From the NCBI GenBank assembly GCA_003157485.1, contig PMJQ01000121.1, positions 11,233 through 75,232 on the forward strand: a stretch of 64,000 bases of DNA, given 5' to 3'. Positions 1 through 10,013 of this stretch are shown piece after piece. Below the pieces are notes generated by a model. That model made no database searches. It saw only the letters and a program-made list of their open reading frames with translations, and was not told where the DNA came from. The translations under genes were made by a program, and so were the position numbers. The stretch's first letter is position 1. Each line of letters starts with the position of its first letter. This DNA comes from Ignavibacteriota bacterium (GTDB taxonomy: Bacteria > Bacteroidota > Ignavibacteria > UBA10030 > UBA6906).

Positions 1-1763
1 GGGGAGTCAACCCCTCGGCCGAAACGCGGATCAGCGTTGCGGAGTTTCCCGGGCTCATCACAATTCCCGCGCCCAAGAGGCTCTACCCGTACGGCCGCGT
101 GGCGGGACAGCTCCTCGGATTTACCGGCGTCGACAATAACGGTTTAAGCGGGCTTGAGCTCGAGCTTGATTCGCTTCTGCGAGGCGAGAACGGCCGGCTT
201 GTACTCCAGCGGGACGGGCTGAACCGCCAGCGTCAGTCCGTGGATTTTCCCCGGGTGGAACCCGTTGACGGCGATGCTGCCAATCTCACAATTGACGTGG
301 AGTATCAATCCATTGCCGAAGAAGAGCTGAAGAAGGGGATTGATCGGAACAAAGCGGAAAGCGGGCTCGTGGCGATGATCGATCCCGCGACGGGCGAAAT
401 CCTTGCAATGGCGAACTGGCCGCAGATGAATCCGGCCGACCCTTCCGGTACCGACCCACAGGTCGTGAGGAACAGAGTGGTCACCGATATGTTCGAGCCG
501 GGCTCGGTTTTCAAGGTCGTAACGGCATCCGCGGCGCTCGATTCGAAAAAGGTTGACCCCGTGCAAAAATTTAACGCGGAGCAGGGAACTTACACTGTCC
601 GCCTGCCTAACGGGAGGGTGCGGAACACGATCACCGACACGCACAAACACGGGATCATCACGTTCCAGGAGGCGATGGAGGTCTCGAGCAACATCGTCAT
701 GGCGAAAATCTCCGACATCATCGGCGCGGACGCGCTCTTCACAATGGCGCGCGCGTACGGGTTCGGAACGGCAACCGGGATAGAACTCCCCGGAGAAGTG
801 CGGGGCGAACTCAAGCTTCCCACGCAGTGGTCGGGGACGACGCTCAATTCCATGGCCTACGGCTATGAAGTCGGCGTTACGCCCCTCCAGATCCTCTGCG
901 CCTATGCCGCCGTCGCAAACCACGGCGTTCTCATGAAGCCATTCGTTGTCCGTTCCGTTGTCGGATCCGGCAACGTCGTCGTCGTCGAACGCCGTCCCGA
1001 ACCGGTACGGCGCGTGATCTCCAGGAGTACCGCTGCGGTCCTCACCCAGATGTTCCGCGGCGTCGTAGAGAAGGGGACAGGCATCCCGGCGAAGATTCCG
1101 GGCCTCTCCGTTGCCGGGAAAACTGGGACAGCACGGAGAGTCATCGAAGGAAAATATTCGCAGAGCGACTATACGGCGTCATTCGCAGGGTACTTTCCGG
1201 CGGAGGATCCGGCCGTTGTGTGCCTCGTCATGATTGAAAATCCCCGCGACAGGGGGTATACGGGGGGTCTTGCCGCCGCGCCCGTCTTCAAGGCAATTGC
1301 TGAGAGAATTTACGCGACGTCAGGTCGGTTCAGATCCCGTCAGACGGAAGCGAGGGCCGAGGGCGGACTCTCGGCGGTGCCCGATGTCACGACACTGTCA
1401 CCGGAAGCGGCGCGGTCGGTTCTTCGTGCCGACGGGTTCGAGACGAACGTGCACGGGGAAGGGACGATCGTTTCACGGCAATCCCCTCCTCCCGGGACCG
1501 TGGCTTCCCGGCGCACCGAGGTGGAACTCACCACGGGAGACGTCACTCCGGGCGGAGGAGCATTCGTGGTCATGCCGGATGTCAGGGGACTTGCAATCCG
1601 GCGGGCGCTCACGCGTCTTTCGTTTTTGCATCTCGACGTAACCATCCAGGGATCCGGTGTCGTCGTCGCACAGGATCCCCAGGCCCGTGATCAGGTCCGG
1701 CGAGGAACGCACGTCGTGATCCGGTGCGAACCGAAAACCCCGGCCCCGGTCGCGGCGAATTGA
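1..1763 (+). CDS. ftsI: Peptidoglycan D,D-transpeptidase FtsI (class B PBP), 5' end cut by the window edge, with two C-terminal PASTA-like repeats
   Basis: The frame of ORF 99..1763 stays open back to nt 3 (..KRLYPYGRVAGQLLGFTGVDNNGLSGLE, PBP dimerisation region). Transpeptidase motifs are SVFK (SxxK), SSN and KTGT. It is the first gene of a canonical dcw order. Confidence 0.93.
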   Translation, partial: GVNPSAETRISVAEFPGLITIPAPKRLYPYGRVAGQLLGFTGVDNNGLSGLELELDSLLRGENGRLVLQRDGLNRQRQSVDFPRVEPVDGDAANLTIDVEYQSIAEEELKKGIDRNKAESGLVAMIDPATGEILAMANWPQMNPADPSGTDPQVVRNRVVTDMFEPGSVFKVVTASAALDSKKVDPVQKFNAEQGTYTVRLPNGRVRNTITDTHKHGIITFQEAMEVSSNIVMAKISDIIGADALFTMARAYGFGTATGIELPGEVRGELKLPTQWSGTTLNSMAYGYEVGVTPLQILCAYAAVANHGVLMKPFVVRSVVGSGNVVVVERRPEPVRRVISRSTAAVLTQMFRGVVEKGTGIPAKIPGLSVAGKTGTARRVIEGKYSQSDYTASFAGYFPAEDPAVVCLVMIENPRDRGYTGGLAAAPVFKAIAERIYATSGRFRSRQTEARAEGGLSAVPDVTTLSPEAARSVLRADGFETNVHGEGTIVSRQSPPPGTVASRRTEVELTTGDVTPGGGAFVVMPDVRGLAIRRALTRLSFLHLDVTIQGSGVVVAQDPQARDQVRRGTHVVIRCEPKTPAPVAAN

Positions 1764-1790
1764 TCCGCTCACAGCACGCATGACCGGTCG

Positions 1791-3299
1791 ATGACTCTCA
1801 ATGACCTCCTCCAGGGGGTCCGCGTCATAAAACTCTATTCGGGGATGTATGGGAAGATGGTTCTGACGCAGGACATTTCCGTGAGGAACATACGATATGA
1901 CTCCCGGCGGGTCGGCCCCGGAGATCTCTTCGTCGCCCTGCGCGGTACGGTGCAGAACGGGCACAGATTCATCGACGAAGCGATTGCCGCGGGTGCGCCG
2001 GTAGTCGTCGTGGATGACGACGCCGCGCGACCGGACACGTTTTTCATGCACTCGGGGGTCCTGAAGGTCCTTGTTCCGGACGCGCGCGTCGCGCTTGCCG
2101 GACTCTCTGCAAATTTCTACGGACGACCGGCGGACCGCCTTCAGCTCGTCGGCATTACGGGAACCAACGGTAAGACGACGACAAGCCATCTCATCAGGGC
2201 GATCCTTGAGGCCGCGGGCCGGCCGACCGGTCTCATAGGAACGATCGAGTACCGGATAGGGGAACGCGTCGTGCCGGCGACGCACACGACCCCCGAATCA
2301 ACCGAGATCAACGCGCTTCTCGCCGAGATGGAGCGCGCGGGATGCGTTGCGGCAGTGATGGAAGTGTCTTCGCACGCCCTGGCCCTTTCAAGGGTAGAAG
2401 GGCTTGGCTTCCGTGCGGCCGTGTTCACGAATCTCACGCAGGACCATCTCGACTACCACAATTCGATGGAGGAATACTTTCGCGCCAAGAAGAAACTGTT
2501 CGATGCACTCGGCCCGGACGCCGTTGCCATTGTGAATGCCGACGATCCGTACGGTTCCAGGATGATCGGAGAGACCCGGGCGGCGCCGCTTACGTACGGA
2601 TTCACGCCGGGATGCGATGTGCGTGCCGCGGAGGTCGACATGACGGTCGACGGGTGCCGTTGCACGGTGACGCACCCGGGCGGGGAATTGGAGATCCGGT
2701 CGAGCCTCACGGGACGATTCAACATTCTGAATATCCTTGCCTCGTGCACCACCGGGCTTGGCCTCGGCATATCCCCCCCGGCAATCGAAGCGGGGATCCG
2801 GAGCGTAGAAGCGGTGCGCGGGCGGTTCGAAAAGGTGATGTCTCCCGCGGGGTGGACCGCCATCATCGATTACGCTCACACACCGGACGCCCTGGAAAAC
2901 TGCCTCCGCACGATCCGCGAGCTGGCCCCCGCTTCGGAAGGGCACCGTGTCATCACTGTCTTCGGGTGCGGCGGAAACAGGGACAGGGGTAAGCGGCCGA
3001 TCATGGGGCGAATAGCGTCCCGGTGGAGTGACATCGCGATTGTCACATCGGACAATCCGCGCGACGAAGATCCGTCGTCGATTATCGACGCGATCATTGT
3101 GGGAATGCCCCCCGGAGGAGAGAAGTACGTCGAAGTAAACAGGCACGCGGCGATTCGCAGCGCCCTCACGAAAGCCCGCAGCGGCGATGTCGTTCTCGTC
3201 GCGGGGAAAGGACACGAGACGTACCAGATCATCGGGTCGACACGTCATCATTTTGACGATCGCGAAGAGGTGAAGGCTTTCATCCGGGAGAAGGCGTGA
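1791..3299 (+). CDS. murE: UDP-MurNAc-L-Ala-D-Glu--2,6-diaminopimelate ligase
   Basis: Mur-ligase P-loop GITGTNGKTTT. C-terminal DNPR motif (TSDNPRDEDP). Position after ftsI. Confidence 0.93.
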   Translation: MTLNDLLQGVRVIKLYSGMYGKMVLTQDISVRNIRYDSRRVGPGDLFVALRGTVQNGHRFIDEAIAAGAPVVVVDDDAARPDTFFMHSGVLKVLVPDARVALAGLSANFYGRPADRLQLVGITGTNGKTTTSHLIRAILEAAGRPTGLIGTIEYRIGERVVPATHTTPESTEINALLAEMERAGCVAAVMEVSSHALALSRVEGLGFRAAVFTNLTQDHLDYHNSMEEYFRAKKKLFDALGPDAVAIVNADDPYGSRMIGETRAAPLTYGFTPGCDVRAAEVDMTVDGCRCTVTHPGGELEIRSSLTGRFNILNILASCTTGLGLGISPPAIEAGIRSVEAVRGRFEKVMSPAGWTAIIDYAHTPDALENCLRTIRELAPASEGHRVITVFGCGGNRDRGKRPIMGRIASRWSDIAIVTSDNPRDEDPSSIIDAIIVGMPPGGEKYVEVNRHAAIRSALTKARSGDVVLVAGKGHETYQIIGSTRHHFDDREEVKAFIREKA

Positions 3300-4690
3300 G
3301 GCTGACGGTGAGAGATCTCGAAAGGATTCCCCACCGGGAGTTCGTTCGACGTGAGATCTTCGCGCGCCGCGCCGCAACTGGAGTCTCCACCGATTCACGG
3401 ACGACGCGCTCCGGCGACCTCTTTGTCGCTCTGCGCGGCTCAACGTACGACGGGCACAGATTTGCGGGCCAGGCTTTCGCGGCGGGTGCGGTTGCTGCCG
3501 TGGTTGACGAAAAGTTCGACGTCTCGCAGGTTCCGGGGAAGCCCCTCCTGCGGGTCACGGACACCACCCTTGCGCTGGGAGCACTTGCGCGGGGGTACCG
3601 TGACAGGTTCAGCATACCGTTCCTTGCGGTGGGCGGGAGCAACGGAAAGACCACGACGAAAGAAATGATCACGAGGGTGCTGCGGGAGAAGTACAGCGTG
3701 CTCAGCACCGAGGGAAATCTCAACAACCAGATCGGTGTGCCGATGACCCTTTTCCGGCTCAGCCGGAAACACGAGATTGCGGTGATTGAGATCGGGACGA
3801 ACCATTCCGGCGAGATTGCCCTCCTGTGCGGGATCCTCGGTCCAACACACGGGATGATCACGAACATCGGCCGGGAACACCTCGAGTTTTTCGGATCGGT
3901 GGAAGGAGTGGCCGAAGAAGAGAGTGCGCTTTTCAACGCGCTGTCCATCGGCGCGGGGGGCACGGCACTTATCGCGGCGGACGACCCCCGCGTACGGGCT
4001 GCCGCCCGTATTGTGAAACGAAAGGTCACGTATGGATTCCGCGCGATTGGTGCTTCGGTGCGGGGTCGCGGCGTCACGCTCGACGGGGAAGGACGCGCCT
4101 CATTTGAATTCCGCTCCTCGACAATGAAGCGCTGGCACCGGGTTCGTCTGGCGATCCCGGGAAAACACAACGCCATGAACGCGCTGTCGGCCGCAGCCGC
4201 AGGAGTAGTTTTTCATGTTCCCCCTTTCCGAATCGGCCGGGCGCTCGAATCTTGCAGGTCCGTGAGCAGAAGGATGGAAATCGTGTCTGTCGGCGGTGTG
4301 ACAGTCCTGAATGACACCTACAACGCGAACCCTGATTCCGCCATTGCCGCTCTTGAAACCCTGGCTTCCCTGCGCGGAAAGGGGAAGAGAATCGCCGTTC
4401 TGGCGGATATGAAAGAGCTCGGCCCCGGAGGAGCGGAAGCGCACGCCGCTGTGGGCAGAGAAGCCTCCGCTCTCGGCATCAGCCACCTCCTGACGCTCGG
4501 CGATCTGGCCGGATACATACACGCAGCCTCGGGGATATCCGGTGCGCGTCACTTCACGGAGAAGGAGAAACTTGCAGAGTATCTTGCGGTTCTTCTCACC
4601 CCGGGGGACGCAGTCCTTGTCAAGGGATCGCGCGGGATGCACATGGAAGAGGTCATCACATTTCTCGAGGAGCGGATGCAGGTCGCATAG
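3296..4690 (+). CDS. murF: UDP-MurNAc-tripeptide--D-Ala-D-Ala ligase
   Basis: P-loop GGSNGKTTTKEM. 4-nt overlap with the murE stop. Canonical dcw position. Confidence 0.92.
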   Translation: MRLTVRDLERIPHREFVRREIFARRAATGVSTDSRTTRSGDLFVALRGSTYDGHRFAGQAFAAGAVAAVVDEKFDVSQVPGKPLLRVTDTTLALGALARGYRDRFSIPFLAVGGSNGKTTTKEMITRVLREKYSVLSTEGNLNNQIGVPMTLFRLSRKHEIAVIEIGTNHSGEIALLCGILGPTHGMITNIGREHLEFFGSVEGVAEEESALFNALSIGAGGTALIAADDPRVRAAARIVKRKVTYGFRAIGASVRGRGVTLDGEGRASFEFRSSTMKRWHRVRLAIPGKHNAMNALSAAAAGVVFHVPPFRIGRALESCRSVSRRMEIVSVGGVTVLNDTYNANPDSAIAALETLASLRGKGKRIAVLADMKELGPGGAEAHAAVGREASALGISHLLTLGDLAGYIHAASGISGARHFTEKEKLAEYLAVLLTPGDAVLVKGSRGMHMEEVITFLEERMQVA

Positions 4691-4699
4691 CGGATTCCG

Positions 4700-5824
4700 A
4701 TGCTCTATTATCTCATCGATCATATTGACCGCATGGTTCACATCCCGGGATCCGGGCTGATCCGGTACATTACGTTCCGGGCCGCGGCGGCGGCCGTGAC
4801 GGCGCTTGTCATCGCATTCTGGCTCGGGCCGAAGATCATCCGGAAACTGAAAGAACATCAGATCGGCGAAGCCGCAAAGATCGAGGCCCCGAAGACCCAT
4901 CTGGCAAAGGCGGGGACGCCGACGATGGGCGGGCTGATCGTGCTGGCGTCGGTCATCCTCCCCACGCTTCTCTGGGCGAACCTCGGCAACGTGTACATCA
5001 TGCTGATCCTCTTTGTAACCGCGACGCTCGGCGGCGTCGGGTTCCTTGACGATTATCTGAAGGTGGTGAAGAAGAAGCCGACGGGACTTATCGGCCGCTA
5101 CAAAATTGTCGGGCAGGTCTTCGTCGGGGTTGTTGTGGGGAGCATCATCTACTTTGCTCCCCAGTGGATCGACCCGGACCTGTGGAAAGTCAACACGTCA
5201 TCGACGGTGCCGTTCTTCAAGAGCCAGGAAATCGATTTCGGCCGCATGTACATCCCGATGGTCGTCTTCATCATTGTCGCAACATCGAATGCGGTGAATC
5301 TCACCGACGGGTTGGACGGACTTGCCATCGGGATCGTGGGGATCGTCGCCCTGACGCTTGCAGTGATAAGCTACATTTCGGGGAACGCCGTCCTGAGTGA
5401 TTACCTGACGATCCCGTTTCTAAGGGGAAACGGCGAGCTCGCCGTGTTCTGTGCGGCGCTTGCAGGAGGTGCGCTCGGATTCCTCTGGTTCAATGCCTAC
5501 CCCGCGGAGGTGTTCATGGGGGACACGGGCTCACTTGCCCTGGGCGGAGCCCTGGGGGCGCTGTGCGTCCTCCTAAAAAAAGAGCTTCTGCTGCCCACGC
5601 TGGGAGGGGTCTTCCTTGCTGAGACCGTGTCCGTCATACTCCAGCGGTTGTACTTCAAATACACGAAACGGAAATACGGCCAGGGGCGGCGCGTATTCAA
5701 GATGGCGCCGCTTCACCACCATTTTGAAATGCTCGGCTGGTCGGAGCCTAAAATCGTCACGCGTTTTTACATCGTTGCAATTCTGCTCATGATCCTGAGC
5801 CTTGCAACGTTCAAAGTGAGATAA
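4700..5824 (+). CDS. mraY: Phospho-N-acetylmuramoyl-pentapeptide transferase
   Basis: Polytopic membrane protein with NAVNLTDGLDGLA and PLHHHFE motifs. Confidence 0.95.
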   Translation: MLYYLIDHIDRMVHIPGSGLIRYITFRAAAAAVTALVIAFWLGPKIIRKLKEHQIGEAAKIEAPKTHLAKAGTPTMGGLIVLASVILPTLLWANLGNVYIMLILFVTATLGGVGFLDDYLKVVKKKPTGLIGRYKIVGQVFVGVVVGSIIYFAPQWIDPDLWKVNTSSTVPFFKSQEIDFGRMYIPMVVFIIVATSNAVNLTDGLDGLAIGIVGIVALTLAVISYISGNAVLSDYLTIPFLRGNGELAVFCAALAGGALGFLWFNAYPAEVFMGDTGSLALGGALGALCVLLKKELLLPTLGGVFLAETVSVILQRLYFKYTKRKYGQGRRVFKMAPLHHHFEMLGWSEPKIVTRFYIVAILLMILSLATFKVR

Positions 5825-5827
5825 GCG

Positions 5828-7207
5828 GTGAGTGAGAAACTGCCGGGCGGTTCCCGGTACAGCGTTCTGGGCGGCGCACGGAGCGGGCTTGCCGTCGCCC
5901 GGCTTCTTGCCGACCGGGGAGCATCCGTGTTCGTGAGCGACAGCGCGCCGGAAGAAAAGATGCGCTCCGCGGCCATCGTGCTTGACGCGATCGGCGTGGC
6001 GCATGAATTCGGCGCAAACTCGCGGCGGGTCCTTGAAGCGGACACCATTGTCGTGAGCCCCGGGGTTCCATCGGACGCGCCGCTTGTAAAAGAAGCTCTA
6101 GCAATGGGAATCGGGGTCGTGAGCGAGCTGGAGGTCGCGAGCTGGTTCTGCCCGGCGCCCGTCGTGGCGATTACGGGAACAAACGGGAAGACAACGACGA
6201 CGGTCCTCACCGGGAGGATGTTCGCCGATGCGCGGATGTCCCTGGCTGTGGCGGGGAATATTGGAACCGCGTTCTCCGAAGTCGTCGGTACGCTGAAGAA
6301 AGACAGCCTGGCGGTGCTGGAGGTCAGCAGTTTTCAGCTCGATTACATACGAGCTTTCCGGCCCAGAGTGGCAGCGATACTGAACATCACGCCGGATCAT
6401 CTCGACAGGTACGAGCACAGCTTTGAAAAATACAGGGCATCCAAAGAGCGGATCTTCATGAACCAGGGGACCGGTGACGTGCTGATTTACAATGACGACG
6501 ACGAGGTGACGCGCGCCGCCGTGATGCGGGATGCCCCTGCCGCGGTGCAGTTGCTCCCGTTCAGCACACGACGGGTGCTGAACCGAGGGGCGTATCTCTC
6601 GGCCGGAGGGGTGCTGACGGTCGTCGCAGGTGCGAAGAGTCACAACGTCATCGCGGCGGCGGAGATCAGCATCCGGGGAGAGCACAACCTGGCAAACGCC
6701 ATGGCGGCCTCCCTGGCGGCGGTCGTCATGGGGGTCCCGCCCGCCTCGGTGAGGGCAACGCTGAGAAATTTCAAGGGTGTGGAACACCGGCTGGAATTCG
6801 TACGGGAACTCGACAGCGTCATGTATGTGAACGATTCGAAGGCGACAAACGTGGATTCTGTGTGGTACGCTCTCCGCAGTTTTGATAGGCCGCTCATCGT
6901 TCTGATGGGGGGAAGAGACAAGGGGAACGACTACGCGCGGCTCCGGGAACCCGTGAAGGAACACGTCAGGGCCGTGATCGCCATCGGGGAATCGGCCGGC
7001 AAAGTCCGTTCAGCGTTCGGGGGCATTGTCCCCGTCGAGACGGCGGCCACAATGGAAGGTGCGGTGTCGGCAGCACGCGGCCTCGCGCACGTTGGGGATG
7101 TCGTGCTTCTTTCCCCGGCATGCGCGTCGTTCGACTGGTTTGAGAATTATGAACACCGCGGAAGGGTGTTCAAGGACGTCGTCCGGTCTCTTGCGTCCGG
7201 TGCATGA
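5828..7207 (+). CDS. murD: UDP-MurNAc-L-Ala--D-Glu ligase
   Basis: ITGTNGKTTTT P-loop. GTG start 3 nt after the mraY stop. dcw position. Confidence 0.93.
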   Translation: MSEKLPGGSRYSVLGGARSGLAVARLLADRGASVFVSDSAPEEKMRSAAIVLDAIGVAHEFGANSRRVLEADTIVVSPGVPSDAPLVKEALAMGIGVVSELEVASWFCPAPVVAITGTNGKTTTTVLTGRMFADARMSLAVAGNIGTAFSEVVGTLKKDSLAVLEVSSFQLDYIRAFRPRVAAILNITPDHLDRYEHSFEKYRASKERIFMNQGTGDVLIYNDDDEVTRAAVMRDAPAAVQLLPFSTRRVLNRGAYLSAGGVLTVVAGAKSHNVIAAAEISIRGEHNLANAMAASLAAVVMGVPPASVRATLRNFKGVEHRLEFVRELDSVMYVNDSKATNVDSVWYALRSFDRPLIVLMGGRDKGNDYARLREPVKEHVRAVIAIGESAGKVRSAFGGIVPVETAATMEGAVSAARGLAHVGDVVLLSPACASFDWFENYEHRGRVFKDVVRSLASGA

Positions 7208-8390
7208 GTATAACGTGAGAGTCCCGAGAAACCATATTGATCTTTCCTGCTTTCTGGCGGTCCTCACGCTGATGGTCCTGAGCCTGGGCGTTGTCTACAG
7301 CGCCAGCTCCACGTGGGCGCTCGACAGGCTCGGGGAGAGCGGAAAGGTCCTTGGCAGTCACGCGATCAAAGTTCTGCTCGGCTTTGTCGCGATATTCATT
7401 TTCATGCAGGTCGACTATCACAAATACCGGAAGCTCACGAAACCAGCACTCACGATCTCGATCGTCCTTCTTCTCGTGACCCTTGTCCTTGGAGGCCGGT
7501 TCAAAGGGGCGACCCGCTGGCTCTTCATCGGTGGGTTCGGACTGCAGCCGTCCGATTTCGCGAAATTCGCGCTCGTGTTTCATCTCAGCGTGCTCATGGC
7601 CGCAAAAGGCGAAACGGTGAAGGATTTCAGGAAGGGATTCCTGCCTATGCTCGTCTGGATCGGCGCCGTAACTGTTCTTGTTCTGGCGCAGCCCAACTTC
7701 AGCATGGGAGCAATGATCTTTGCGATAAGCCTGGCGATGCTCTTCATCGGCCGGGCGCGCATCTCCCACATTGTGCTCACACTCGGAGCGCTTGTGCCGC
7801 TTCTTGTGCTCTACATGCTCAGCGCTGAATACCGGATGCAGCGCATCATGAGTTATATCGGGAGAGGAGACGGTGCGGGGATGGTAAAAGCCAGGCATCA
7901 GCTTACGCAGGCCATCATCGGATTCGGCAACGGCGGAATCTTCGGCCTGGGCCCGGGCGGGAGCCACCAGCGCGATCATTTTCTGCCCGAATCGTACGGC
8001 GACTTCGTTTTCTCGATCGTGGGGGAGGAGTACGGCCTCATCGGGACCCTTTTTTTCATACTCCTTTTTCTTGTGATCTTTCTGCGCGGCATGAAGATCG
8101 CGAGACACGCAACGGACGAGCTCGGCCGTCTTCTGGCGATGGGGATTACAATCACGATTACGCTGTACGCGCTCATCAACGCCGGCGTCACGCTCGGCAT
8201 ACTGCCGACAACAGGGCTCCCCATGCCGTTCGTAAGCTACGGAGGGACCGCGATGCTCATTTCGTGCGCGGCCATCGGGGTGCTCCTGAACATTTCCACG
8301 CAGACCGACCTGCATCCCCGGCTCGGCGGCGCCCCTGCCGGGATCCGCTCGCTGGAGCCGGTGCAGCGCGCCGCTGCTGTGAGAGCGTGA
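7200..8390 (+). CDS. ftsW: SEDS-family peptidoglycan polymerase / lipid II flippase FtsW
   Basis: Multi-TM protein with LQPSDFAKFALV and GLPMPFVSYGGTAML motifs. The ORF-track start 7026 overlaps murD coding, so I trimmed it to the in-frame GTG at 7200. GTG 7215 is an alternative start. Confidence 0.88.
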   Translation: MHEYNVRVPRNHIDLSCFLAVLTLMVLSLGVVYSASSTWALDRLGESGKVLGSHAIKVLLGFVAIFIFMQVDYHKYRKLTKPALTISIVLLLVTLVLGGRFKGATRWLFIGGFGLQPSDFAKFALVFHLSVLMAAKGETVKDFRKGFLPMLVWIGAVTVLVLAQPNFSMGAMIFAISLAMLFIGRARISHIVLTLGALVPLLVLYMLSAEYRMQRIMSYIGRGDGAGMVKARHQLTQAIIGFGNGGIFGLGPGGSHQRDHFLPESYGDFVFSIVGEEYGLIGTLFFILLFLVIFLRGMKIARHATDELGRLLAMGITITITLYALINAGVTLGILPTTGLPMPFVSYGGTAMLISCAAIGVLLNISTQTDLHPRLGGAPAGIRSLEPVQRAAAVRA

Positions 8391-9496
8391 CGGGCGGCGG
8401 GTCGCTGCGGCTTGTGATCGCCGGCGGCGGAACTGGCGGCCATCTGTACCCGGCGCTTGCGATTGCCGACGAGATCAGGCGCCGGCATCCCGACGCCGAC
8501 ATCCTGTTCGTCGGGACGCGCGGGAAAATTGAATCAAGGATCGTTCCCGGACGGGGATATCCGTTTGTCACGATATGGATCAGCGGATTCAGGAGAAGGC
8601 TCTCCGCGGAGACGCTCCTCTTCCCGCTGAAAGTCGTGGTTGCGCTCCTTCAGTCGCTCCTTATCGTGCGGAGAACGAAGCCCGACGTCGTCATCGGGAC
8701 CGGAGGGTACGTGTGCGGACCCGTCGTGGCCGCCGCGCAAATTCTCGGGAGGCGAACACTGATTCAGGAGCAGAACAGCGTGCCGGGGGCGACGACGCGG
8801 ATGCTTGCTCTGCGGGCGGACGAAGTGCACATCGCGTTCGAGGGTTCGGCGGCGTACCTGCGCCGCCGGGACAACGTCAGGCTTACAGGGAACCCGACGC
8901 GGGAGCGGATCGGAAGCGTGAGCCGCTCTGAAGGCTCAAAGGCATTCGGACTCGATCCCGGAAAGACAACGGTGCTCGTCTTCGGAGGGAGCTGGGGCGC
9001 TTCCGCGATCAACGCGGCGATGGCTTCCCTTGCGAGCGAACTTGCCGGGGAGGGGGTGCAAATCGTCTGGCAGACAGGTAAAGAGGAATTTGAACGCCTC
9101 CGGGTGTCATTCGGAGGTCTCTCAGAGAGGATAAAGATGTATCCGTTTATCGAAAACATGGAGTACGCATACGCGGCCTGCGACCTTGCGATCTGCCGTT
9201 CGGGAGCCTCATCGATCGCCGAGCTGACGAGAGCCGGTGTTCCCTCGGTTCTCATCCCTTATCCTCATGCCGCCGCGGATCACCAGACGGAAAATGCGCG
9301 GTCCATTGCCGACGCGGGAGCCGGCATTCTTCTTCCCGACGGCGATGCGAGGACGATTCTCGGGGAGACCGTCAGACGACTTCTGGGGGATAGGGAACGG
9401 CTGGCGGCGATGGCTGTCGCAGCCCGACTTCTCGGAAAGCCCGGCGCCGCCGGAGTTCTTGCGGATGCCGTTGAACAGCTTGCAGGGGTGCACTGA
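8387..9496 (+). CDS. murG: UDP-GlcNAc:lipid I N-acetylglucosaminyltransferase
   Basis: GGGTGGHLYPALAIA N-terminal motif. Start trimmed from 8264 to GTG 8387, which forms a GTGA overlap with the ftsW stop. Confidence 0.92.
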   Translation: MTGGGSLRLVIAGGGTGGHLYPALAIADEIRRRHPDADILFVGTRGKIESRIVPGRGYPFVTIWISGFRRRLSAETLLFPLKVVVALLQSLLIVRRTKPDVVIGTGGYVCGPVVAAAQILGRRTLIQEQNSVPGATTRMLALRADEVHIAFEGSAAYLRRRDNVRLTGNPTRERIGSVSRSEGSKAFGLDPGKTTVLVFGGSWGASAINAAMASLASELAGEGVQIVWQTGKEEFERLRVSFGGLSERIKMYPFIENMEYAYAACDLAICRSGASSIAELTRAGVPSVLIPYPHAAADHQTENARSIADAGAGILLPDGDARTILGETVRRLLGDRERLAAMAVAARLLGKPGAAGVLADAVEQLAGVH

Positions 9497-9501
9497 ACGC
9501 G

Positions 9502-9996
9502 ATGGAAAACGACAAGACCTTTAGGTACAAGCTCGATTTCTACTATCTGCAGGCGCTCATATATCTTGTCACCCTCGTCCTGTACGGGGGGATACGGGGG
9601 AACTTCATCGAGCGGGAATTTCTTTACGTACTGAACGACCCGATCATGTACGTGATCATGTTCTTCGTCCTGATGTCGTTTGTCACTCTCGGGCTCAATT
9701 ACATCCGCAACAGGCGTCTCATTATCACGAACGACGCCTTTGTGTTCAGGCACCGGTGGCAGGAACGGCGCATCCCGTTTTCAGAAATCGAATGGATGCA
9801 CATCGGTCGGGAGCCGCGCGTGCAGACGGGAGGGCGGTTTCAGGTCATCGTCTTCAAACTGAAGGAACGGCGCCGTGTCTTCCGGATACGTGTGGGGCGA
9901 TACGAACGCGAACGGGACCTTGTGGCGGAAATGACGAGGATCGCCGCCCGCGTGCCGAAGCGGAAACACTCACGGTGGCGCAAATCAAGATTCTAG
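9502..9996 (+). CDS. Small membrane protein: 2 TM helices plus a basic PH-like (bPH/YdbS-like?) domain. Function unknown.
   Basis: 164-aa ORF filling the murG-murC gap (5 nt and 17 nt spacers). Two hydrophobic helices are followed by LIITNDAFVFRHRWQERRIPFSEIEWMHIG...FQVIVFKLKERRRVFRIRVG. The overlapping murC-frame extension (9756..10013) has no MurC similarity. Confidence 0.7.
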   Translation: MENDKTFRYKLDFYYLQALIYLVTLVLYGGIRGNFIEREFLYVLNDPIMYVIMFFVLMSFVTLGLNYIRNRRLIITNDAFVFRHRWQERRIPFSEIEWMHIGREPRVQTGGRFQVIVFKLKERRRVFRIRVGRYERERDLVAEMTRIAARVPKRKHSRWRKSRF

Positions 9997-10013
9997 AGAT
10001 AGGTAACGCGACA

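Noticed and set aside
7026-10013. Upstream extensions of the ftsW (7026), murG (8264) and murC (9756) ORFs
   Set aside because: The extensions overlap the preceding genes' coding regions and lack family similarity. In-frame starts at 7200, 8387 and 10014 give canonical N-termini and typical 4-8-nt coupling overlaps.
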